From: Leucoraja ocellata
Taxonomy: Eukaryota
DNA length: 64,000 nucleotides
Assembly: GCA_036785375.1 (NCBI GenBank)
Contig: JAWMAR010000134.1
Location: 5,270,001-5,334,000 of the forward strand
Direction of reading: 5' to 3'
The position numbers and the translations under genes are program-made. The notes under the pieces were generated by a model that was not told the origin of the DNA, searched no databases, and worked only from the letters and a program-made list of their open reading frames with translations. Shown here piece after piece: positions 1 through 11,800 of this stretch. How positions within the stretch are numbered: position 1 is the stretch's first letter; each line of letters begins with the position of its first letter.

Positions 1-752
1 ACACCACCTGCACACTGAAGGCACAGAACCTTATATTCTGCTGGGGTAGCTTACAACCCCAATAGAATGAAGTTTTCCAATTTCAAATAATAGTTCCTCG
101 CTTCCCATGCCACCCCCATCCACCCCCATTTCTCCGATCTCTCTACTAATTTCCCCTCCTTCACACATCTCCCATCCCCGAATCCATTTCCCTTTTAGTT
201 ACTATCTATCCCTTCCATCTCCTCCCTCCAGCTTTACATCTTACTCCTCTCTTTATCTACACCCTTTTGTCTCACCTCTACCTTTCATCACTTACTCCAC
301 CCTAGTCAAAACCCCCTCACATGTATCCACCAATCACTTGCAGGCTTTGTCCCATCCCCACCTATTTTCCAGTGTTTCCCTTCCAATTCTTATTTAATTT
401 AAATACAGCACGGAAACAGGCCTTTTGGCCCACCGAGTCCGCACTGCCCAGCAATCCCCGCACATTAACACTATCCCACACACACTAGGGACAATTGACA
501 CATACACCAAGCTAATTAACATACAAATCTGTAAGTCTTGAGTGTGGGAGAAAACCAAAGATCTGAGAAAACCCACGTGGTCATGGGGAGAACGTACAAA
601 CTCCATACAGACAGCACCCGTAGTCAGGATCGAACCCTGGTCTCTGGCACTCCAAGTGCTGTAAGGCAGCAACTCTACCACTGTGGCCACCCTAGTCTGA
701 AGGGCTCAACCCAAATGTTGTCTGTTCACTCCCTTCACAGATGCTGCCTGAC
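1..752 (+). mobile_element. Decayed Penelope-like element 3' end (ORF end, pyrimidine-rich UTR, pLTR), interrupted by a SINE
   Basis: Positions 12-90 translate (one frameshift) as TLKAQNLIFCWGSLQP..MKFSNFK*, resembling PLE GIY-YIG C-termini (LIFRLGSLQPxGMNIEFSNF). A pLTR-like CTGAAGGG...AGATGCTGCCTGACC follows at 697-753. Confidence 0.6.
396..690 (-). mobile_element. tRNA-derived SINE (HE1/V-SINE type)
   Basis: Reverse complement of the A-box/B-box head (GGTTCGATCC), conserved body and CR1-like tail. Confidence 0.85.
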
Positions 753-884
753 CCTCAAGAGTGTTTTATTGTCATATGTCCCAGATGGAATATTGAAATT
801 CTTACTTGCAGCATCACAACAGAATATGTAAAATTGTACACTGTAAACAATATAATAAACAAGAAAAAAGTTCAGTGTGTATAC

Positions 885-1210
885 AGGCACTGACTATGAG
901 GGGAATAGATAGGGTGAATGCACAGAATTTTTCATCCAGAGTAGAGGAATTATGAACATGAAGACATAGCTTTAAGGTGAGAGGGGAGGATTTAATAGGA
1001 ACCCGAGAGGCAACTCTTTTCACACAGAGCGTGGTGGGCATATGGAACGAGCTGCCAGAGGTTGTTGAGGCAGGTACTGCATTTAAAAGACATTTGGACA
1101 GGTACATGATATGAAAAGTTTAGAGGTACGAGCCAAACACAGGCAAGAGGGACTAGTGTAGATTGGGCATTTTGTTCAGTAGGCCGAAGGAAGATTCCAT
1201 GCTATGCGAC
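885..1210 (+). mobile_element. CR1/HER1 LINE 3' fragment
   Basis: GIDRVNA...TxRHSFKVRGE...FFTQSVVGIWNELP motif run. Confidence 0.8.
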
Positions 1211-1539
1211 TCGGAGATCTCTTACATTTCCAGAACAATGGAATAACAAAGGGTGAAATTTAAGAATAAAGGCTATTAACCTATGCCTTATTCTTGTCTT
1301 TAAATCTCTGCACAGATGAATCCAAGGAAAATTTTAAATGTCTTCACAATCAAAACTGAAAAATTAAACTTTATCACCATACTTGTGAATCTCTGTGTCA
1401 AGTAATTTACACTGCGTCAGCTGGAAGCTCTTCAATTGAGAGTTTGCTCATTTGGGGAAGCGATTGACCCCTCTCAAATTGCCTAGCAATCCACTCAGTC
1501 ACACCATTATCAGTATATTTAAAGAGAAGGAATAAAACT

Positions 1540-1592
1540 GGACAAAACAGAACCAGACAGAATCAAACAATTTTACTTAAAAAACTTTTATT
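1540..1592 (-). terminator. CALU: Probable distal CALU polyadenylation signal (AATAAA at 1592-1587) with downstream GU/U-rich element; implies a ~4.1 kb 3'UTR
   Basis: Plus-strand TTTATT; on the minus strand it is followed by TTGTTTGATTCTGTCTGGTTCTGTTTTGTC. No recognisable transposons between here and the stop codon. Confidence 0.55.
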
Positions 1593-4500
1593 GAAGATTA
1601 GAATTCAACTTGAAGCAAACATTTTACATTAAAAGGTACTAGTGTTGATAGTGTAACTTCAAGCACATTGCAAGTAACAACTCAGATCAAGGGTCACAGG
1701 GCATAAAATTTAAGGTGAAAATATACTAGACATGCTGAATATCCCTCTGATGTACTGCATCCATTAAGGTCATTCTTGTCACATGATCTTACTGGTTTCA
1801 TTCACAGAAACATAGACCAGTTGCCAGCAGGAACTGATAATTCAAAATGTGTACTCTGAAAACACATATGCTGCAGTATACTTCAAACCAGTTAAGACTA
1901 AACAATCTTGTTTTTTCACCAGTTTTTCCCCATTTCTTGCACTGGTTCTTCAGGTTTTTTTTATTTTGAACACCTTGTTCATGTAATCATGGCATCGACT
2001 GTGGCACAAGTGTTTGGTCATTATTCAAATGGCATCAAGTCACTTGTGACTTGAATAGTCTCAGTTAATGTTTAAAATGAAAGTCATTTTTTCAGAATAT
2101 ACAGCGATTAATAATGGAATCTGGTACTATCTAAACTTAAAAGAATTCCTAGTTCACTGATACAAGATTTAGGAACTAGCGGGACAGACCAAATTTACCT
2201 CTTTACAATTGCAGAAAATCTCAAGCTGAACTGCTTTACACCTTATTAGGATGCACATATCCTCCGTCTACTGGAATTCTTGGTTTGCTTAAAATTTGCA
2301 CAAAATTCTCTATATAAATGTATATCTCCTGTTCTAAGATGAAGCCAGCATTTTACAAATCTTCCACAAAACTGAAATGGTTTAATCTTATTCTGTAGTT
2401 GTAAACTGCAGGGTTTTGGTCAACGTCTGAAAATCCAAGTACACTTAATATTCCAAGAACCACTTTTTGCAGTTAGTACTGGTTTGATGGGTGACTAGGT
2501 AAATAAGAATGTGGCCATGTCTTGACTGCTCTCTTAATACCATGCTGAGCTAATCAGTCAATAGTTTATTTAGGGATGAAAAGGAATTAAGACTTTACCA
2601 ATATTGCTCCAATTTTCCAAAAATAATAAATATCATACACTGAACCATTTAAAAGAGCATTAGCTTAAATGTTCTGGTCTTGTAAAACAAATTAGGGATT
2701 GCTCACACTGGGAGAGAGGTGCCATGACACTGATCAGATTGAACAGCACTTGCTTTTAAACAAAAGTGTTAGTAGAACCCCTCAATGCACTTCTGAAAAT
2801 CGACCAATACAACAGAATTATCTAAAAATAGGTAATCCTATGCTTCCAATCAAGATTCAGGAACTAGCGGGACAGACCAAATTCACCTCGAGCTGCAAAT
2901 GAACGAAACGTTGCATTAATGAAGGGATTATGACCAACCTTCCCCATTTTAGAAACAAGAACAAATCTCGATTTGAATTTAAGATTTGAAAATGTTAGTG
3001 TCAAAATGAAATGACTCAATTCACCTCCAAAAAGAAATGACTTTGAAAAAAAACCCCCATAATCACTGATATGTTCCATTCCAGGGAGGCAGGGCGAGTG
3101 GAATCAGGATTCTAGGGAAGGGGGCCACAAGGGGTTTGTAAAAGCCATCAGTCACTAGGCAAAATGGCACCGTGATAACCATTGCAGTTCCAAATATGCA
3201 TTGACAGTTAGCCTGCAACTCTCTCAAAGCAACATTTTCCATTAGATTCTAGCTTATAACTTCATATTGCACATTTCTAACCGCTGGATTCTTGAAACAT
3301 TTATATTCCTTCAATTTCTGTAGAGGCAACAACCTTTTAATCTTTACCTCTACAGGTTGAACACCTGGAGGGAGAAGGCAAGGCCAGAAAACAATATAGT
3401 CTGGTGTGCTACTGCAAAATGGAAAGTAGATTTAATAAAATACACTAAAATGGTGGTGATAACATTTACATTAAATGGAAGGGACAGCGATGCCCTAAGA
3501 TTATCACTATTAACAGTGCCAAGTTGCTCTTCTAATTTCACAACAGATTCAGTGCGAATGATAATTGACCAGCGGGACACACCCTTAGTGCTTTGCAAAG
3601 AACCCAATGCCATTTTTTGATGTTTGAACTAGGAGCTGGAATGGAGGCTAGGAAACAAAAAGCCAACATCTAGTATGCAGCAAAATATTTACCAACTGCA
3701 CAACTGTTGCAATTCCTCAATCCACACATCCCAAATTAGCTGAACGGTCACTTGTTGGTATCACCTTGATTACTGCGATTTTGCCACTTTGTTGATTTAA
3801 GAACTGGGCTTCAGAGGCCAAATGCTATTACTACTTAATGAAGAAATCTCTACTCAATGCAGGCTGCACTCCTTTTAAACACAAATGCAAGGAATAATAC
3901 AAATCAAAGCTAGAAATGCAAGCCTGCAGCTCAATGAGAAAGTTGTGTTCATGTTTAGGCAGGAAGAATATTGAAAAAGATATAACAAATGCTGCTCCTT
4001 TAGCTTCTTCCTAAATACTGATCGGAATACAGGTGGTGGGTTAGGGACAGGAAGAGAAAACTATAATCCAGGATGTTGTTAAATTTGAATTAGACAGTGG
4101 AATGAGAAAAGATTTACGTAATTACAGTGCAATCTTTAAACAGCAAGTTTCTTAAAACATTAAGAATGTACTACTGTACCTGAGAATAGCTACACTGCAT
4201 GATTGGAGCAAGTTAGACTTTCAATACCAAAATAAAACTACAATGAACCAGTCATGTCTTCATATCTCCTTCCCACTTCATTTATGAACTTTGTAATAAT
4301 TCTCCACGTCAAAACTATAAATTGCAGCAAAACCAGTGTCACTGAACACCAGTGTAGTCAGAGGCAAAGAACACAAATCATATTGTCAAGGATGAGTTAA
4401 CTATCTGGTCAAACACCATGATTAGGCCATTTGTTCTTTCCAGTTCAATGAATGAATCAAAAATTGATTGTTTCTCAAAGCAGTTATTACTGCCAATCTG

Positions 4501-5702
4501 CTGGTCCTTGCAGTCTGTTTTTTTTTTTAATCCAAGTGTACTGCACAAGACACACAGTCCATTTATACACACAATGTATTAATATCCACAAACTACATGC
4601 ACTTCATTGTATGTACAAACATAATACTGAATTTATTTAGTGGATAGCTGCAAGGATCTTATTGAAGTACATTATTTATATTCTCCAAATATATTTTTGT
4701 CTCAAATACAAGACGGTGGTAAATATAACAATGGGTTTGCACATTAACTGTAAGAAAAAATTTAGATTGCAAGATATGCCTTCAAAGCTTATGATCTGCA
4801 GAATAGGTCACTTATTCTTATCCTAGAGATAAATATTTTGCCAGTGGATTAAAAATGTTTTTATTCTAGATTCTTACTGTTAAAATATATGGCATCACAA
4901 GGCCACTGAAAAGCCGAGGGATAAATGTAATGATTGCTATTGTGTACTCAGTACTATATACAAAAAGGACACATTGTAGAAAACAGATTATAAGACACTT
5001 CAATACCCAAGGAATTTGGAGAAAAGTCTGCCAAAATGCTTTTGCCTTTCTCAGGAGGTTACACGACACCTGGGATGTATTAAGTCAGCACATTCATTTA
5101 GATTTAGCGAAACAGCTCATTTTCTGCCCATTAATTTCACATAATAAATGGGACAAATTCCACTGTCACCAAGACAGTACTTTATAAGATGAACATTAGA
5201 ACAAAATCTAAAAGATAGCCAAGATAGTTTACCAAAGGCATCGTGTTCTCCGATGCATACATTGCAACAATGCTGCTGTAAGCAACTCAAATGCCAGTTG
5301 TACACTCCTCATCCCTTCTTCCTTTTCAGGTATGAAACAGGAAATCTCTTTAAAATACACTTTACAATTGTTCTGAACTGTTAGAAACCAAGTTGAATTT
5401 CATGGAAGTTGTACAGATTTTACATGGGATTATCAGATTAAAAATTCTACAATATTTGATCAAAGGAGGGGAAGTACAACATATAAAATGTGGTTTTCAC
5501 ATATATTGCAAGTAAACATCTAATTACGCATTGCTCTCTAGGGACAGGATGGCTGCTTCTTTGGAACCCCCACCCTCTCCGCTTCCAAGTCAAACTCTGT
5601 GACAGCCCAAGGATGTAAAGAGTGAAAACAGTATATTGTAAAAAATAAATTATCCTTTCTTTATGGAATGGATTCTTCTCTCTGCAATGGTTATCCGTAC
5701 AC

Positions 5703-5807
5703 TTAGAACTCATCATGCCTTACTAAGGCCTCCCCGAAGTCTGTGGCCTGGCTTCCCACAAATAAGTCGTATTTTTTTACTATTTCTTCTTTTGAGAGTT
5801 TTCCATC
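5703..5807 (-). CDS. CALU: CALU last coding exon (105 nt including TAA)
   Basis: [34 protein letters not shown]. Confidence 0.96.
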   Translation of the reverse strand, partial: DGKLSKEEIVKKYDLFVGSQATDFGEALVRHDEF

Positions 5808-8800
5808 CTGCAAAACAGTTTGGGGTGGGTGAGGGAAAAAAAATGGTTACAAGAGAACCCAGTAACTTAAGAGCACCCAACAACACAATACCAAGTAACC
5901 AACGACCCTAAAAAAAATAGCATTCATTGTATCCAGTTTTTGAGCTTTTACCCCTGCACACACAATTGTTCTTGAAGTTAAACTGTCCATTTTAAGCCAT
6001 CTCCATAATTTATTCCACAAGCAATTGGCGCAGTGGCTCAGCAGTACAGTTGTTGCCTTACAGCACCAGAGACCTGGGTTTGACAACCGATGCTGTCTGT
6101 TTGAAGCTTGTATGTTCTCCCTGTGACCGTGTGGGGTGTTTCTGGGTGCTCCCACATTCCAAAGATGTGCAGGTTTGTAGGTTACTTGGCTTCTTTAAAT
6201 TGTCCCTAGTGTGTAGGATAGAACTAGTGTACAGGTGACCGATGGTCAGCATGGACCCAGTGGGCCAAAAGGCCTGTTTCCATGCTGTATCTCTAAACTA
6301 AACTAACCATTTCCTCGAGAAAAAGATTAGCAACATATTGCTCATGTTAACACTTGCACGACTTTATAATTTTTAAATTATTCTCTGCTGGCACTGAAGA
6401 CCTAAATAATCTATCTTTGCTCTTTATTGATTAAATGATTGGTCTTTACCACTGATCCCATCCACATCAGTTCTAAAATTGTACATGACTGCAAATTCAA
6501 ACATACGAAACCTAGTCATTTGCTGTGCAGTCACATTTGAATGTGTGTGTCAGGGTAATGGTTATCAGGGTTGCAGAAAAGTGTCTTCAGAACTATGGCT
6601 CCAACTATGTGTAGTGTAACTAATCCATTTAGTAAACAGTATTTAACTCTGCCAGTAGCTGAGGTTAGCAGATGAGGCAGCATTTGTGGAGAGTAAAAAG
6701 AGTTAAAGTTTCAGATCAGTGATCTATCAACAGAACTAAAAGGAATTGAGAAAATAAGTTAAAAAAAAAAAGTTATTTTGCAAAGAAGGGAGGGGTGGTG
6801 AAAACAAATAGGGAAAGTCTGCAATAGTATGGAGATCAAAAATATCCGGCTGACTAAGAGATCATGAACGCTCATCAATCACAGCTAATCTATCTCGACA
6901 AATGCAAATAGGGGTCATGAGAATGGATAGAAGTGAAAGAAAAATGACATTGTGGTGAGATACAAAACAAATCTGAAAGAAAATAAATATTTTAGCAATA
7001 TCCAGTTGATCGGGCAGAATTTGTGGACAGAGAAAAACAGAGTTAAGATTACAGGTGGATGACTTTGCTTTGAAACTGACAAGTTCTAATACAATCAAGA
7101 ACTGCCTGGTTGTCCACTATTGTTGAATTTACCATCAAGTAGTGAAAGTGACAACATGCCTGCACCGTGGATGGCACAATGGCGCAGCGGCAGAGTTGCT
7201 GCTTTACAGCGTCGGAACCCCGGGTTCGATCCCGACTACGGGTATTGTTTATGTGGAGTTTGTGCATTCTCCCCGTGACCGCGTGGGTTTTCTCCAGCTC
7301 TTCGGATTCCTCCCACACTCCAAAGACGTACGGACATGTAGGTTAATTGGCTTGATGTATGTGTAAATTGTCCCTAGTAGTAGGCTAGTGTTAACGTGCG
7401 GGGATCACTGGTCAGTGTTCGGTGGGCCGAAGTGCCTGTTTCCGTGCTGTATCTCTAAACTAAAATAAAAACTAAAAGATGAAGTGTGGTTCAGCTCAAA
7501 TTATGTTTTGTTGGGACATTGTAACAGACCCTAGATTGAAAAAGTGACAGGCAAGTTGAAGCTTCGTCACTCCTGTGCACTGAAGGAGTTCAAAGACATT
7601 ATTAAACTTGTATTGTTTCTCCGACACCAACACCATGCTCATTTTAATTGATTACTTTGGTTTCAATATCCAATTTTGTCAGAATTCATAAATTCATTTA
7701 TAAGCTCATTTAAATTTTGATATTTACTGTAGTAAAGTCACACAAGCAGTTTTATGGGATATTTATCAGATAACTATAATGAGCTAATTGCATGCACAGA
7801 GAATATGATCATAGCTTTAAAGAGTATCTGAAATGGACTTGTAGATGGTTTGAAATTGATGTATAGATGACCTGCTGAGTGACTCCAGCATTTTGTGTCT
7901 GTATAGATGGTTTAGAAAGTACCTCACCCAACACAGCTGAAGAAACAGGTTAATAAAGTAGTAGGGAAGGCAGTGGCACTGTCACTAAAGATCTATTGAA
8001 TTCATTGAGAAAGGCTGTATAGATTGAATGCACGGCTCACCTTGTTTTCATCAGATTCATAGACGAGATGACGGGCTTCAGCCTCAGCATGGTCATAGTC
8101 AGCTGGTAGGATCCAATCTTTGGTTTCTTCTTTGTCCATTTTACCATCTTTGTTGCGGTCTCTGAACTCTGTGAACTGCTCACGCTCAGTTTTCACCCAC
8201 TCAGGTTCGTGGCCATCACTGTCTGCAGTGTACATATCACCTGAAACCAGTGAAAAAGGGCAGATGATTTAATACCAAAAAGGTACAGCTGTATGTTGCC
8301 CGAATTAATCACCATAATACTTCCAGACCCACAGTATCATTCAATTTCACCAGAATCAGTTCCCTCCCAAGCACCAAAGCAGGTTTCAGTAAGCTTCCTG
8401 CATAATTTAACTCTAACCAAGTGTTGCTACTTCTAGCCGAAGATGTCAAAATCCTTTGCTTCTTCATGATTTCTACTCCAGCCACACATCAGTTCACATC
8501 AACCTGGCGTTTGACCCATTATCCCTTCTGGACAAATCTACCTTCTAAATCAGCTACACAAGCAAACCGAAATTAAGAACAACCTTATAATCCAGTTTTA
8601 AACAATCTTCTGGAGGAACTCAATGGGCTGAGAAGCAACTGTGGAGGAAAGTGGACAATCAACAATTTAGTCAGGACTCTTCATTTAGTCCAAATGATGG
8701 GTCCCAACCCAAATTGTTGATAGCCCATTTCCGTCCATAGATGCTGCTTGACCTGTTTGATTCCTCCAGCAGATTGTTGCTCTAGATTCTGGCATCTGCA

Positions 8801-11800
8801 GCCTCGTTTCTATTTCTGCAGTATTTCACTCTTCCAATAAGTTTGGTCTACTTACCGATATACTCGTCCAGATCAATGAAGCCATCTCCATTTTTATCAA
8901 TATCTTCCATGGTTTCCTGTCAGAGAAGCAGTTTAAAAAAATCTGTTGTATATTTTTGTACTAGAATGCAAAATGATGCTAATAGTGTACACAATAGTCT
9001 GCTTGCTACATAGAGAACAGCCAAGCAAAAGTTTAACTTAATTTCTCTTCACATTGAGAGTTATGTCCTAGATAAGACGCAAGACTATACAATCAGAAAA
9101 AATATCCTATTGCATATTTTGCACTGAACTCAAAGGGAAAACTAACTAGGTACAGAGGGAAAAAGAATGAAAAATATATTGATAGGTTTACACAATGCCA
9201 AGTGGAAGGAAGTATATATGCAGCATGAACTCTGATATGGACTAAATGGGCTTTGACTAATTTTGCTTAAGTTCCATTTAATGGGAAAACTTCTTGATTT
9301 TATGGCAGAAAAATAACATAGCAATGCGGAAGTACTGACCAACACAACAATGTCCTTCATGTGGTCATATTCCTCTGGGTGCAGGAAAGCAGTGAATTCT
9401 TCTTTTGTAGCAAACAAGTCAGCATTCTGGTCAGCCCTTTTAAATCGACGCTCATCTCTTGCCATCATTTGTTTGTAGTTGTAACTGTCATCAGTATCAC
9501 CATCCTCTGTGGAGATCAAGCCATATTTGTGTTAAGAAGGATGATGTGTCAAGGTGGTGAAAAAGAGAAGGTAGTGTTAGCCAGTCTAAGGAAAGAGATA
9601 ATCCACCATTAGTAAAGAGACTGATCAGAAATTAACTAACAGTTCCGGAGTGAATGTTGTGTTTCAATTTAAGTTTATTTTTATTTGTAGTTAATCAAAA
9701 CAACTTTGATGCATCCATTTTAAAAATACTTCAAAGCCTTTGGTCCTGCCCAACCACTTGAACAGAGCTGATTTTCTCAGGTATATATTGTGAAAGATGA
9801 GAAAAACACAAAACCATTCTTTTAAACATATTACACCTATTTCTACAATCTTATATCTGTGTTCTATTATGTCAAAATAATATGATTTGCATTCAAGAGA
9901 GATTTCCCCATTCATGAAATTTTCAAAATCTATTCAAACAAGTAGATGCTGGTATTTATCTTAGTTCTCTTTAAATCAGGACTCAAAGTTGGCCTTGGCT
10001 ATCAAATTAAAAGGGAAATATGCAAGCAGTGATAGGTCTAGTTTCTTATTTCGGATCACACATAAACTATCCTAGAGTATAAACAGGCAAACACAAACAT
10101 TGCAGGGGACAAATATTAATCCACAATACATTACTAAATTGACCACATTAAATTGTTTAAATATCTCAGTATCCTCAAAAAGGTATTAAAACCAAAGTGA
10201 AATGTTAGTCACAGAAATCAAATCCCTTCAAGCGGTATAGAAAAATGCGTGCTCCAAAAAGCCTGAACCTCTAATTTTCCTCAACATTAGATGCCGCCAT
10301 ACATCTTTGTACATCGACGAAAGATTGGATTCCAGTAACATTTTACCATTGTGATTGAGTAGTACAGCCCATTAAATTCCATATAGCAGGGAATGTACTG
10401 TTAGTAAATAATGCTCAAAATTAATCACATTTTCATGAAACCCTTATTGACAAATTAGTGTGAAGTTGGTGAAATAACATGTTATGTGCACAAAATCTGG
10501 AAGCAACTGTTCACTGCCCTTAAATATTGATGTAATACTGAAAAATGTTGCTTTTTTAAATATCACAAAAAAAGATTAAGTGACTCAGCAGGTGAACATA
10601 TTCATAGCTACATGGTATACAAGATGGTGAAGGCAGCATTTGGCCTGCTTGCCTTCATCAGATGAGGTATTGAGTACAGGGGTCAGGATATCATATTGCA
10701 GCTGTACAAAGCATTAGAGACCACACCTTGAATGTTATGTGCAGTTCCACTATAGGAAGGATGTGATTAAGCTAGAGAGGTGTAGAAAGATTCACATAGA
10801 TGTTGCTGGTATGTTAATGAAGCAGGAAGTCGGGCCGATCTCGGTTGTTTCCACCTGCCAGCTGCACCTTGGCCAGTACAGCGGTGACTCGTTGTTACGA
10901 TTATCTATGAACGGATTTTTTAAAAATTCGTATTTAACAACGCAAAATCGTACATCAGCATTTCGCATTTCTGTACAAAATACGGAAAATCCGTACCACT
11001 TGGCAGCTCTGCATAACTCATCTAGTTGTCCATCAGCCAAGACATTTTTACAAAAGAAAAATAGACTGATGGACTGAACCAGTCAGGTGCTGAACTTAAT
11101 TAGTCAAACAATTCACCCACCTTTTCCCAGTCTAAAACACTGTGTTTTAGACTGTATTGTGTTTAGTTCTGGGCACCACGTTATAGGAAAGACGTTGTCA
11201 AGCTGGAAAGGGTACAGAGAAGATTTATGAGGATGTTGCCAGGACCAGAGGTTCTGTGCTATAGGCAGAGGTTGAGTGGGCTGGACTCTATTCCTTAGAG
11301 TGCAGGAGGATAAAGGGTGATCTTATACATGTGCATAAAATCATGAGAGGAATAGCAGGTGGATGCAGAGTCTCTTGCCCAGAGTAGGTGAATAGAGGAC
11401 CAGAGGATATAGGTTTAAGGTGAAGGGGAAAAGATTTAATAGGAATCTGAAGGGTATCGTTTTTCCACACAAAAGGTGGAGGATGTATGGAACAAGCTGC
11501 CAGAGGAGGTCGTTGAGGAAGGGACTATCCCAACATTTAAGAAACAGTTGGGCAGGTACATGAATAGGACTGGTTTGGAGGGATATGGACCAAACGCGGG
11601 CAGGTGCAACTAGCGTAGCTGGGACATATTGGCCGGTGTGGGAAAGTTGGGTACTTTTTCCACAGTATCACTCTATGAGTCTGTCGTGCTGAGCTATTCG
11701 CATATCAAAAATATATCCCAGCCAGGGGTTAATCAACCAATCAAATTCAACTACAAGATAGATGCAATGCTGGAGTAACTTAACGGGTCAGGCAGCATCT

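Noticed and set aside
107-397. 96-aa Pro/Ser-rich ORF
   Set aside because: Low-complexity pyrimidine-rich UTR of a Penelope-like element.
1430-1470. GKRLT-like peptide vaguely resembling the SWS1 C-terminus
   Set aside because: Too short, preceded by an in-frame stop, and expected by chance.
7172-7240. tRNA-like sequence with A and B boxes (also at 30803, 37480, 49062 and others)
   Set aside because: Continues into a SINE body and tail; these are SINE heads, not tRNA genes.
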